Shown here piece by piece: positions 1 to 9,081 of a stretch of DNA of 46,260 nt. The position numbers were made by a program, and so were the translations under genes. The notes below the pieces were generated by a model. That model was not told the origin of the DNA, did no database searches, and saw only the letters and a program-made list of their open reading frames with translations. Source of the DNA: Planctomycetota bacterium (lineage in GTDB: Bacteria > Planctomycetota > Planctomycetia > Isosphaerales > Isosphaeraceae); NCBI GenBank assembly GCA_021808995.1, contig JAKBAP010000001.1, positions 1 through 46,260 of the forward strand, given 5' to 3'. Positions within the stretch are counted from its first letter, which is position 1. Each line of letters begins with the position of its first letter.

Positions 1-2181
1 ACCCAGGAAGCCGTCGATCCGCCGGGCTGACAGCTTGAACTCGCGGGCGCTTCCCGCCCCGACTTTCGGGTTCGCCCCCTCAAGCACGACCGTGAAATCG
101 GGCCTGCGTTCGCGGATCGTCAGGGTATAGCGGAACCCGGGCCCCTCGAGCCCACGGACATCCTTGATCTTGACCAGATATTCGCCATCGGCCGGGGCCG
201 TGAAAAACAATCGCGAGTCGGTCCCCAGCTCACGGTGGGCGTCGTCGTCGTTTTCATGATAAAGCAAGAACACCGGCAATCCGTTAGGAACCAGCCTCGT
301 CCCCGGAGGATGCGGCTCGACGATATAACAGGGCTCGCCAAGGGCGTGCGCCAGCGGGGTGGTATCGAACCAGCCCCAACGACCCCCTTGGCCGGGATAA
401 ACGCCAAAGCCGGAATCCGGCCCCTCGGGATACCGCCAGAGCTTGACGACCTCGCCACTGATGTAAAGATATTCGTTGAGTCGCATCTCTTGCCAGTTGA
501 ACACGCGAAAATCGCCAGACTCGGCGTCGTTCTTGCCGCGGAACGTAAAATACGAATCGCGGGTCGCCTGCAACAGCACCCGCGGCACCCGCCCCCCGCG
601 CGAGTCGAGAACCTCGATGTGCGAATCAAGCCTGGACTTGTCCCCCTGGGTGCTCGTCTCGAGCACCCATTCCTCGCCGGCCCTCGCGGTGAACCGGAAA
701 TAATCGGCGTCGGCACGGCCCTGGCCGCCGGCGATCACCCCGCTGATCCGCGCCGGTACGGTCACGCGGTTGGCCTGGTCCGGGACGCTGTTTGGCTCGT
801 GCTCGGCCGCCGGGGCGAGCGGACGCGCGGTGGGATCCCCCCCCATGGCCGCCCCACGCGACGCGATCGGGGAAACGACAGGGGCCGACGCCGGAATCGC
901 GTACGACGCCAGCGAGCCATCCAGCCGGCCGACCTCGAACGAGCCGCCATCGGGCGCGATCGCCACCGCGGTCGGGACGTCAGGCTGGTTTTCCCAGAGC
1001 GCTTGCTCGCTATAATCACTCGTTCGCCAGACCTTGATCGTGCGATCCTCGGCCAGCGAGATCAGCCTCGACCCGTCGCGCGTGAACGCCAGCCGGGTGA
1101 TCGCCCCTTCATGAGCGAACCGCGCGATCACCATGGGGTTGATCTCCGGATTCTCGCGCGAGACAAACTTCCAGACCCGAATATTGGCGTCGGCACCGCC
1201 GGCCACGATCCAGCGCCCATCCGGGCTAAACGCACAGGAGTATTCCGCCTTGAGCGGCTGCGGTAGCGTGTCCATCCGCAGGCCATCCTCGACCCGCCAC
1301 ACCTTGCATGTGTCGTCGGCGCTGGCGCTGACCAGAAACCGCCCGTCGGGGCTGAATGCCACGTCGTACACCGCCCCCGTATGCCCCTCGAGCAAACGAG
1401 CGAGCTTGCCCGAAACCGCGTCCCAAAGGATGATGGTTTTATCATATCCACAGGTCGCGAGAACCTTGCCATCGGGAGAGAGCTCGGCGTCGTGAAGGAT
1501 GTCGCGATGCCCCTCGAATTGCTTCAGGAGCGAGCCCGAGGCGACGTCCCAGATCATCGCGACACCACCCAACCCCGCCACGCCGGAGGCCGTCACGAGC
1601 CTGTCACCCCCCGGCGTGAACCGCGCCCCGGTGACCTTACCCGGGTAATGGCCCAGCGTCCGCCCTGGCTGGGCCGATCGTGGACCGCGGCCGGCGACGA
1701 GCTCCACCATGCCGCCCCGCGCCACGGCCAAGGTCCGGCCGTCGCTCGTGAGATCCATGGCCGTGATCGGCATGGTTTTCACGCGCGTGGCGACCTTCGG
1801 CACGTTGAGCGCCAGTCGGTCGGGCGCTCCCCCCTTCGGTCCCAAGGCCCCGGCGGAGATCCAGCGCTTGACGACGTCGATTTCCCCAGTGCTCGGACGC
1901 GGCTCGTCCTTGGGCGGCATCATCGGCTTGACCGTGCTCGTCATCAGGCGAACCATGCGGCTCCCCGCCGGGTCGCCCGGCAAGATCGCGGGCCCGCGCG
2001 GCGTCCCACGCCCCAGCGAGGCGTAACTTTCCAGGGAGAATTTCCCCTCGCGATCCTCGTCGTTGTGGCAGCCGGCGCAGTATTTCTTGAGGATCGGCGC
2101 GACAGCCTTGTCGTAATCCGGGCCAGGGCCTTCCTCGGCCCCGACCGCCGCCACGACCGCCACGATCATCACCCACGACAT
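1..2181 (-). CDS. PSCyt (Planctomycete cytochrome c) domain + WD40-repeat protein with PPC-like C-terminal region; 3' end cut by window edge
   Basis: Absent from the ORF track because it runs off the left edge. Reverse strand from ATG at 2181 reads MSWVMIVAVVAAVGAEEGPGPDYDKAVAPILKKYCAGCHNDEDREGK (CxxCH haem motif). Spot translations in the same frame stay open and protein-like: 1500-1381 ILHDAELSPDGKVLATCGYDKTIILWDAVSGKLARLLEGH (WD40), 780-661 DQANRVTVPARISGVIAGGQGRADADYFRFTARAGEEWVL, 120-1 TIRERRPDFTVVLEGANPKVGAGSAREFKLSARRIDGFLG. GAGGGA SD-like element a few nt upstream of the ATG. Not every codon was translated. Confidence 0.8.
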   Translation of the reverse strand, partial: MSWVMIVAVVAAVGAEEGPGPDYDKAVAPILKKYCAGCHNDEDREGKFSLESYASLGRGTPRGPAILPGDPAGSRMVRLMTSTVKPMMPPKDEPRPSTGEIDVVKRWISAGALGPKGGAPDRLALNVPKVATRVKTMPITAMDLTSDGRTLAVARGGMVELVAGRGPRSAQPGRTLGHYPGKVTGARFTPGGDRLVTASGVAGLGGVAMIWDVASGSLLKQFEGHRDILHDAELSPDGKVLATCGYDKTIILWDAVSGKLARLLEGHTGAVYDVAFSPDGRFLVSASADDTCKVWRVEDGLRMDTLPQPLKAEYSCAFSPDGRWIVAGGADANIRVWKFVSRENPEINPMVIARFAHEGAITRLAFTRDGSRLISLAEDRTIKVWRTSDYSEQALWENQPDVPTAVAIAPDGGSFEVGRLDGSLASYAIPASAPVVSPIASRGAAMGGDPTARPLAPAAEHEPNSVPDQANRVTVPARISGVIAGGQGRADADYFRFTARAGEEWVLETSTQGDKSRLDSHIEVLDSRGGRVPRVLLQATRDSYFTFRGKNDAESGDFRVFNWQEMRLNEYLYISGEVVKLWRYPEGPDSGFGVYPGQGGRWGWFDTTPLAHALGEPCYIVEPHPPGTRLVPNGLPVFLLYHENDDDAHRELGTDSRLFFTAPADGEYLVKIKDVRGLEGPGFRYTLTIRERRPDFTVVLEGANPKVGAGSAREFKLSARRIDGFLG

Positions 2182-2192
2182 CGGGCGTCCCT

Positions 2193-4709
2193 CTAATGGT
2201 TGAACAGGAATTCACGGCTGCTCATGAGACCCCAAAACACGTCCTCGGCGATCTCGGACTCCGCCTTATCACCCGGCGGCGGGAGCAGATCGAGCAAGCT
2301 CGCTCGCTCGCTCTCACTGGGATATCGAGATAGGCACGCCAGGTAAATCTCATCGAGAACGCTCGCGCTCGACATCCCCCGCCCGCGCAGCCGGAGCAGC
2401 TTCTCGAGTCGATTCCCCGCCGCGTGGAGCTTATCATTCAGCGTGGTGCCATTGGAAAGGTGCAGCACCTGCACCATCGTCGGCTCGTCCGATCGCTCGC
2501 ATTCGCAGACGATTCTGCGTGGGTTGCGCCCGAACGTCTGGAGAAAGTAATTCTCGACGGCGGCGTCGTAAAGCTGCACCGCCCGCGTCCCGAGGGGATA
2601 GAAATCGGTCTTTTCCCGGTCGGCGCCAGGGAACGCGATGAAGTCAAACTTGGTCGGAACCTCGGTCGCCTGCACGATCGCGTCGTGCAGCACCTCGGCC
2701 ATCATCCGCCGGGGGTAATAGCGCGAATAGAACCGTTGCTCCAGGCGATTACCGGGCAAGGGGCGGCTCGTGCGCTGATAGGCGTTGGAACGCAGAATCG
2801 CCCGCATCAGCGCCTTCAGATCGTAATGATTGGCCGTCAGGTAATCGGCGGCCGCCGAGAGCAAGCCGTCGTTGCTGGCGGGGTTTGAAACCCGCATGTC
2901 GTCGACCTTTTCCACCAGCCCGACCCCGAAATAATTGGCCCAGACGCGGTTGGCGATCGAGCGCGCGAAATAGGGATTGCCAGGCTTGGTCAGCCACCGG
3001 GCCAGGCTCGCGCGGCGATCGGCCGGATCGTCGAAATCAAGTGGCCTTTGGTCGAGCGCCGCGGGTGCCTGGGGCTTGCCGGTTCGTGGCTGGACCAGCT
3101 CGCCCGACTCGGCCACGTAGATCGTCCGCCGCCCGTCGCCCGACCGACCCTCGCCCCCCCAGCCCTTGGCCTTGACCCGCGAAAACAGGCTCGCCATCCC
3201 GTAATACTGATCATTGGTCCATTTTTCGAGCGGGTGATTGTGGCACTTCGCACACCCGATCGAGAGCCCCATGAACGCCTGGCAGACGTTCTCGGACATC
3301 TCCTCGGGCGATTGGCTGAGCGTGTAAAAATTCGTGGGGCCGCTTTCCAGGCTATCGCCGACGGCCGTCACGACCGCGCCGGCGAACCGGTCCCAGGGGA
3401 CGTTGTCGGAGACTTGCTTGTGAATCCAATCGTAGTAAGCCTTGAGCGCCTGGGGGCGGAGCCGGGTCCCGCTCAGCATCAAGACGTCGGACCATTTGTA
3501 GCTCCAGTAATCGCTGAACTCGGGCCGAGCCAGGAGCGACTCGATGAGCGCGTCGCGCCGGCCTGGCGAGCCATCGGCGAGAAACGCCCGCGCCTCGTCC
3601 ACGCTCGGAAGCCGCCCGATCGTGTCCACGTAGGACCTCCGAACGAACTCGGCGTCGGTACACGCCGGCGAGGCGGGGAGGTTCAGCCTGGCCAGTTGCT
3701 TGTCGATCTGTTGATCGATGAAATTCCGCGGTTGGCGGTCGTCGACGACCTGGCCGGCCGACGCGGGCGCTCCCTCGTACGGCACGGTGAGCCGCGCGAT
3801 GGCGAGCTTGCTCGCGTACCAGCCCACGATCGCTCCCTCCCCGGGGCCGATCACCTGGGCGGAGCCATGGTCGTCGACGCGGCAGACCGACTCGTCGGCG
3901 GACGACCATTTCACCCATCGCGTGACGTCCTCCGTCCGGCCGTCGGAGTACCGGGCCCGGGCCAGGATTCGCTGGCTCCGACCAACCGCCGCGAGCGACC
4001 GGGCCGGCAGGATCTCGATCCCCTCGACCGAGGCGTCCCGCTGGGACGGAGGGGCCGTTCCCTCGCCGATCCATTCGCTCAGGATGCGATATTCGAGCGA
4101 GCTTGTCTCGAACCGCGTGCCCCCCTTATGGCTGATCGCCCCCGAGGGCTTCGCCAGGAACAAGCTCCGGCCCGGGTCGGAAAGCTCGACCCGCCGCCCA
4201 CGGTCTTGCTTGACGATGTTGAAATAATCGGCCGCCGGGTCATAGCCCCGTAGCGAGAGCCGAAACCCTCCCTTACCCGCGAGCGCGCCATGACACGCGC
4301 CCGAGTTGCACCCCTCCTTCGCGAGCACCGGCAGGACATGGTTGCGAAAGCTCCAGGCGAACGGCCGGCCAGTCCCCTCGACGACGACCTGGGCGGTCGC
4401 GATTCGGCCCGCGACCTTCGCCGTGATCGTGGCCCTGCCATCATGGACGGGGCTCACGACGCCGTCGACCACGACGGCGATCCTGGGGTCGCTCGTCGTC
4501 CATTCGATGCCGTTCGTCGCCTGCCGCCCGACCTCGCCACGCTCGATTTCCTGGACGATCAAGGGCTGCCGGCTCGCGGGCGTCGCCAGGGTGAATTCGC
4601 CGGGAAGCACGACCAATCCCTCGGATGCCGCGGCCAGCGCGGGCGCGGCCGGCGAACAGCCGATCAAGATACCGAGGATAAGCTCGATTCGGATCTTCAT
4701 GCGTATCAC
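2193..4709 (-). CDS. DUF1549/DUF1553 (PSCyt2 + PSD1) domain protein with Big_2-like Ig domains
   Basis: 838-aa ORF. Lipoprotein-like N-terminus (GTG at 4709, ATG at 4700: MKIRIELILGILIGCSPAAPALA). Motifs CNSGACHG and CAKCHNHPLEKWTNDQYYGMASLF, and a C-terminal ...SREFLFNH typical of PSD1. Start abuts the stop of the upstream DUF1501 gene. Confidence 0.9.
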   Translation of the reverse strand: MIRMKIRIELILGILIGCSPAAPALAAASEGLVVLPGEFTLATPASRQPLIVQEIERGEVGRQATNGIEWTTSDPRIAVVVDGVVSPVHDGRATITAKVAGRIATAQVVVEGTGRPFAWSFRNHVLPVLAKEGCNSGACHGALAGKGGFRLSLRGYDPAADYFNIVKQDRGRRVELSDPGRSLFLAKPSGAISHKGGTRFETSSLEYRILSEWIGEGTAPPSQRDASVEGIEILPARSLAAVGRSQRILARARYSDGRTEDVTRWVKWSSADESVCRVDDHGSAQVIGPGEGAIVGWYASKLAIARLTVPYEGAPASAGQVVDDRQPRNFIDQQIDKQLARLNLPASPACTDAEFVRRSYVDTIGRLPSVDEARAFLADGSPGRRDALIESLLARPEFSDYWSYKWSDVLMLSGTRLRPQALKAYYDWIHKQVSDNVPWDRFAGAVVTAVGDSLESGPTNFYTLSQSPEEMSENVCQAFMGLSIGCAKCHNHPLEKWTNDQYYGMASLFSRVKAKGWGGEGRSGDGRRTIYVAESGELVQPRTGKPQAPAALDQRPLDFDDPADRRASLARWLTKPGNPYFARSIANRVWANYFGVGLVEKVDDMRVSNPASNDGLLSAAADYLTANHYDLKALMRAILRSNAYQRTSRPLPGNRLEQRFYSRYYPRRMMAEVLHDAIVQATEVPTKFDFIAFPGADREKTDFYPLGTRAVQLYDAAVENYFLQTFGRNPRRIVCECERSDEPTMVQVLHLSNGTTLNDKLHAAGNRLEKLLRLRGRGMSSASVLDEIYLACLSRYPSESERASLLDLLPPPGDKAESEIAEDVFWGLMSSREFLFNH

Positions 4710-6086
4710 CTAGAAGAGTTCGTGAATCTCGCGATGTCCGAAATCGACCAACGGGAAGGGGCGGCCGGCCGGGCCGGGAAGCTTGGTTTCAAGGTCAAGG
4801 CCCAGGCTGTGGAAGATCGTGGCGGCGATATCGGCCGGCTCGACGGGCCGATCGGCGGGGACCGCCCCGATCGGATCGCTCGCCCCGATCACGCGGCCCC
4901 CTTGCACGCCCCCCCCCGCGAATCCCACGGTATAGCAAAGGGGCCAGTGGTCGCGCCCGCCAGCGGGGTTGACCCGGGGCGTGCGGCCGAATTCGGCGAG
5001 GTTGCAGACCAGGGTCGAATCCAGCAGCCCACGCTGGGCGAGGTCCTCGATGAGCGCGCTATAGGCCTGGTCGTACATCGGGCAGACGATGTCGCGCATC
5101 CCCTCGATCGAGGTAAATGGCTTTGAGCCGTGGATATCCCAGGTGATCTCGTCGAACACCGTCAGGAAGGCGTTGATGGTGACGAACCGCACTCCGCTCT
5201 CGACCAGCCGTCGGGCCAGCAGGCAGCACTGGCCGAATCGGGTCATTCCATAGCGATCGCGGGTGGCGGCTGGTTCCTGGGCCAGGTCAAAGGCCGCTCG
5301 TGCCTGGGTGCTGGTCATGAGGCGAAAGGCCGACTGAAAATTGCCGTCCAGAAGGGCGGCGTTCTCGGAGGATTCGAACGTGGAGACGGCGTCATCGACC
5401 AGTTCGCGGATTTTCCGCCGACGGTCCAGCCGGACGTTACCGATTTCCTTGGGTGGGAGCAGGTCGGGCACGCGGAAGCCAGGCTGGGAGGGGTCGGCGT
5501 TGAGCGAAAACGGGTCGTGGGCTTTACCCAGGAAGCCCCCGGCCTGGCCATTGGGCAGGTTGCCGCCGCCACGCCCCATGAGCTCGGGAAGCACGACAAA
5601 CGGCGGCAGATCGGTCTTGCGCCCTTCCAGATAGGCGACGGCCGACCCAAGATGCGGCGTATTGACCCCGCCAGTGAAGAGCCGGCCGGTTTGCATCATC
5701 TGCCAGCCCGCGTCGTGGACGGCCGCGCCGCCGTGGTGGACCGAACGCACCAGCGAAAACTTATCGGCGATCGCGGCGTGCCGGGGCAGGATCTCGGAGA
5801 CCTGGATCTGGGGCGACAGGGTGGCGATCGGCTTGAACGGACCTCGCACCTCGGCGGGCGCGTCGGGCTTCATGTCCCAGAGATCCATGTTGCTAGGCGC
5901 GCCCAGATTGAAAATCATGATGCACGCCCGGTCGTCCTTGCCCGCCTTGACTCCGCCGGCCGCTTGGGCCGCGTACCATTCGGGAAGCCCAAACCCGATC
6001 GCCCCGAGCGTGCCAACCCGCAAGAAATCGCGCCTGGTCGCGCCGTCGCACGTCGAGGTGTGGCCCCGGCCAGTCAACGTGAGCAT
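4710..6086 (-). CDS. DUF1501 domain protein (sulfatase-like fold), Tat signal
   Basis: ORF 4710..6164. I prefer ATG at 6086 (MLTLTGRGHTSTCDGATRRDFLRVGTLGAIGFGL, twin-arginine signal) because GAAGGAGGAG lies 7 nt upstream. Family-typical body (GRTPRVN, GGRDHW). Confidence 0.9.
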   Translation of the reverse strand: MLTLTGRGHTSTCDGATRRDFLRVGTLGAIGFGLPEWYAAQAAGGVKAGKDDRACIMIFNLGAPSNMDLWDMKPDAPAEVRGPFKPIATLSPQIQVSEILPRHAAIADKFSLVRSVHHGGAAVHDAGWQMMQTGRLFTGGVNTPHLGSAVAYLEGRKTDLPPFVVLPELMGRGGGNLPNGQAGGFLGKAHDPFSLNADPSQPGFRVPDLLPPKEIGNVRLDRRRKIRELVDDAVSTFESSENAALLDGNFQSAFRLMTSTQARAAFDLAQEPAATRDRYGMTRFGQCCLLARRLVESGVRFVTINAFLTVFDEITWDIHGSKPFTSIEGMRDIVCPMYDQAYSALIEDLAQRGLLDSTLVCNLAEFGRTPRVNPAGGRDHWPLCYTVGFAGGGVQGGRVIGASDPIGAVPADRPVEPADIAATIFHSLGLDLETKLPGPAGRPFPLVDFGHREIHELF

Positions 6087-6334
6087 GCGAAAACTCCTCC
6101 TTCGACCCTGCCACGGCCCCGGGAATGCGATCGTCGCGTCCCCGGGCCCAGGACGGACGTTCAAGGCGGGTGTGCGCCGAGATAGCCTCAGCCTATACCC
6201 TTATACCCTCCCAGCCCAAGCCTGGCCAACAGGATCGTGCTCCGTCTTCGTGTTTTTCGAGTTCTCCCGTGACCGCCAGCCACGCGCCACGGGTGCTTTG
6301 GGAAGGTCGAGCGGGTACGCTATGGTCCGTTGGA

Positions 6335-6943
6335 ATGGTGATCCCCCTTCAGGAACGCCGCTGGAGTGAAGTGACGCGGATCTCCTCGAGCTTGAACTCG
6401 CCGCTTGCCGCGCCTGGGCTTGCCCCTCATCCCTCGCCCGAGATCCTGGGCGGCCTCTTTCGCATGACCGTTGCCCAGTACGAGCGCATGGTCGAATCGG
6501 GCGCTCTGGACGGCCTGCCCGGCGAATTGATCGCCGGCTTGCTGGTCAGGATAATCAGCGAAAACCACCGCATGTCATCGCTTGCGAGCCGCTTCTCGAC
6601 TCGCTCTTGCCCTTGATCCTGCCCGGTCGCCGCCGAGGGCGAGCTCTTGATTGAGGTCGGGGAAACCACCCTCGCGCGGGATCGCGGCGACAAACAGCGG
6701 GCTTACGCACGAGGTGGCGTGCGAATCCGCTGGATTGTCAATCTGGTCGATCGCCGGCTCGAGGTCCACTCTCGCCCCTCCACCGAGGGCTATCGGGACC
6801 GGCTCGTCCTGACGGCGTCCTCGTGCGTCTCGGTCTCCATCGGCGATCGGGGGGTCGGCCAGATCACCGTCGCCGCTTTCTTGCCTCCAGGCGGTCCAGC
6901 CCCGGGAACGTGTTCGCGGATGAAACGAAGAGAGGCTCGATGA
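6335..6943 (+). pseudogene. Uma2-family (DUF820) endonuclease-like gene, disrupted
   Basis: Two same-frame ORFs (6125..6616, 6647..6943) are separated by TGA at 6614-6616. The N-terminal part reads MTVAQYERMVESGAL..GELIAGLLV. The family-typical KPPHVIACEPLLDSLLPLILPG is in a different frame (about 6559-6627). The C-terminal part reads ELLIEVGETTLARDRGDKQRAYARGGVRIRWIVNLVDRRLEVHSRP. The central roughly 50 aa expected for the family seem to be missing. Confidence 0.5.
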
Positions 6944-7178
6944 TCGGTTGTTGGGCGAGAAAGCTGGCTGAAATCAGCCGTCTGGACCCTGGAGGACGGC
7001 TCTGGGCTCAAGGAGCCTTCCCTTGACGGACCCGGAATGCTCGCCTGACCACGGACGTGAGTTCGTGGTCACCGATCGCGCCGCCGCGTCACGTTCAATC
7101 ACGACTTTCAACGATCCGCCAGAATCCGTTGGCGCGCCCGCTGAAACCCTCCGCGGAGCTTCAAGTGGTCTTGAAGCA

Positions 7179-7208
7179 TTGACGGAACCCTGAATCGTCT
7201 GCTAAGTT
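7179..7208 (+). promoter_or_regulatory. candidate sigma70-type promoter for tRNA-Ser
   Basis: TTGACG (7179-7184), 18-nt spacer, TAAGTT (7203-7208), about 60 nt upstream of the tRNA. Motif match only. Confidence 0.25.
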
Positions 7209-7266
7209 TCGAGGGAATCAACCATTGGTATGTGGAGCGACCCCATCGGGACCCGCTCCTTGACCA

Positions 7267-7355
7267 GGAGAGGTGGCTGAGTGGTCGATAGCGACGGTTT
7301 GCTAAACCGTTAAACTGGGAAACCGGTTTCGGGGGTTCGAATCCCCCCCTCTCCG
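7267..7355 (+). tRNA. tRNA-Ser (anticodon GCU), class II with long variable arm
   Basis: Hand-folded cloverleaf. Acceptor GGAGAGG/CCTCTCC with discriminator G. D stem GCT/AGC. Anticodon stem ACGGT/ACCGT with loop TTGCTAA (anticodon GCT). Variable arm AAACTGG-GAAA-CCGGTTT, 7 bp. T arm GGGGG-TTCGAAT-CCCCC. CCA not encoded. Confidence 0.95.
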
Positions 7356-7375
7356 TTAACCGCGACGCGGGGCGA

Positions 7376-8842
7376 TCATCCCTTGATCACCCCGACGGGC
7401 CGCAGGCGGGCGACTTTTCGCGAGATACCGGCCCGCTCGACCACGTCGACCACCATGTCGACGTCCTTGTAAGCGTCCGGCTGTTCCTCGGCCAGGCCTT
7501 TCGCGCCGCGAGCCCGGGCGAAGATCCCCAGTTTTTCGAGCTCCTGGTCGATCCGCCGCGAGCCGGCGTGCTTGACGGCGGCCGTTCGGCTCATGCGCCG
7601 GCCGGCGCCGTGGCAGGTGGTGCCGAATGAGTGTTGCATGCTCCCCGGCTCACCCGCCAGGACCCAGCTCGCCGTTCCCATGCTCCCGGGAATGATCACG
7701 GGCTGACCGATCGTGGCATAGGCGGCCGGGACCTCGGGATGGCCGGCGGGAAACGCGCGTGTCGCCCCTTTTCGGTGGACGCAGACGGGCCTCGAAATCC
7801 CGGCGGAGACGGTGTGGTCCTCGATCTTGGCGATGTTATGGGCGACGTCGTAGACCAGGTCGAGCCCGAGCTCCTCCCAGGAGCGCTCGAACACCCCGGC
7901 GAACACGCCTCGCGCCAGGTGGGCGAGCAAGTGCCGGTTGGCCCAGGCGTAATTCGCGGCCGCGCGCATGGCGGCCAGATACGCCTGGCCCTCGGGGCTC
8001 GAGACCGGCGCGCAGGCGAGCTGGCGGTCGGGGAGCTTGAACCCATAGCGCTCGGGAGCTCCCTCAAAGGCAGCCAGATAATCGTCGCACACCTGATAGC
8101 CCAGCCCGCGCGAGCCAGAGTGGATCAGGACGGTGAGCATCCCCTCCTCGAGCCCCATCGCCTGGGCCGCCACTCGATCGTGGACGCGGTCGACCACCTG
8201 CACCTCCAGGAAGTGATTTCCCGAGCCCAGCGTGCCGCACTGGTCGCGGCCACGCAACAGCGCCCGGGCGCTCACCCGGCTGGGGTCGGCCCCTTCGAGA
8301 CAGCCTCCAGCCTCGGTCGCGATCAGGTCGGCGGGGGTTCCGATACCTCGCGCGACGAAGTGGGCGGGACCATCCAGGAGCACCTGCTTGATCTCGGCCT
8401 CCTCAAGGATGAACCTGCCCCCTTGGCCGACGCCGGTCGGAACATGGCGAAAAAGCTCGTCGATCAGCCGCTTGATGGTCCCCTTAACCTCGCTGTAGGC
8501 GATCTTGCTGCGGAGCAGGCGCACACCGCAATTGATGTCGTACCCCACGCCACCGGGCGAGATCACGCCGCCGTCCGCGGGATCGGTGGCGGCGACGCCG
8601 CCGATACAGAATCCATAGCCCCAGTGAATGTCGGGCATTGCCAGGCTGGCCTTCTGGATGCCCGGCAGGGTCGCCACGTTCACGACTTGCTCGAGCGCCT
8701 GGTCTTCCCGCACCGACTGGATCAACTCCGCCGAGGCGAATACCAGCCCGTCGACCCGCATCTCCGCGCGATAGCTCTGGGGAATCCGCCACAGGCACGG
8801 GCCCGCTTGCTCGAGCGGCCCCTCAAATCGATTCCTGGCCAT
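7376..8842 (-). CDS. rtcB: RNA 3'-phosphate/5'-OH ligase RtcB
   Basis: Motifs GGVGYDINCGVR, GSGNHF, HSGSRGLG, CHGAGR. ORF runs to 8983, but ATG at 8842 (MARNRFEGPLEQ) has AAGGAG 7 nt upstream and gives a family-typical 489 aa. Confidence 0.95.
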   Translation of the reverse strand: MARNRFEGPLEQAGPCLWRIPQSYRAEMRVDGLVFASAELIQSVREDQALEQVVNVATLPGIQKASLAMPDIHWGYGFCIGGVAATDPADGGVISPGGVGYDINCGVRLLRSKIAYSEVKGTIKRLIDELFRHVPTGVGQGGRFILEEAEIKQVLLDGPAHFVARGIGTPADLIATEAGGCLEGADPSRVSARALLRGRDQCGTLGSGNHFLEVQVVDRVHDRVAAQAMGLEEGMLTVLIHSGSRGLGYQVCDDYLAAFEGAPERYGFKLPDRQLACAPVSSPEGQAYLAAMRAAANYAWANRHLLAHLARGVFAGVFERSWEELGLDLVYDVAHNIAKIEDHTVSAGISRPVCVHRKGATRAFPAGHPEVPAAYATIGQPVIIPGSMGTASWVLAGEPGSMQHSFGTTCHGAGRRMSRTAAVKHAGSRRIDQELEKLGIFARARGAKGLAEEQPDAYKDVDMVVDVVERAGISRKVARLRPVGVIKG

Positions 8843-9022
8843 CGCGGTCTCCTTGCTCCTGAAGCTCAAGACAAAAATCACGGGCCGATGAAACCCTGGC
8901 CTCGCTACGAAATGGACTGCGATCGAGCCATAAGGTTCGCAAGCCCTCGCGCCATGTCGGCGCTCCCTCTTGGCCTCGGCCATGGTGCGAGCGTGGCCAA
9001 GATCCGCGGAACGGTATCCGTA

Positions 9023-9051
9023 TTAACAGAAAACCTGGTCGATCATAGGAT
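9023..9051 (+). promoter_or_regulatory. candidate promoter for the 9098 gene
   Basis: TTAACA (9023-9028), 17-nt spacer, TAGGAT (9046-9051), followed by GGGAGGGAG SD at 9085-9093. Motif match only. Confidence 0.25.
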
Positions 9052-9081
9052 TCCGCGCGAATCGGTGGGACCAATTTGTGA

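Noticed and set aside
235-2215. Track ORFs 235..1266(+), 1381..2196(+), 1637..2215(-) and others in the first 2.2 kb
   Set aside because: All overlap the edge-truncated minus-strand PSCyt/WD40 gene (frame of ATG 2181). That gene shows a CxxCH motif and WD40 repeats. The listed ORFs are Arg/Pro/Gly-rich shadows.
6614-6616. In-frame TGA in the Uma2-like gene as a possible selenocysteine or readthrough codon
   Set aside because: The homology pattern around it requires a frame change and an internal deletion, not a single recoded codon. There is no obvious SECIS-like hairpin immediately downstream, and the family is not known to contain selenoproteins.
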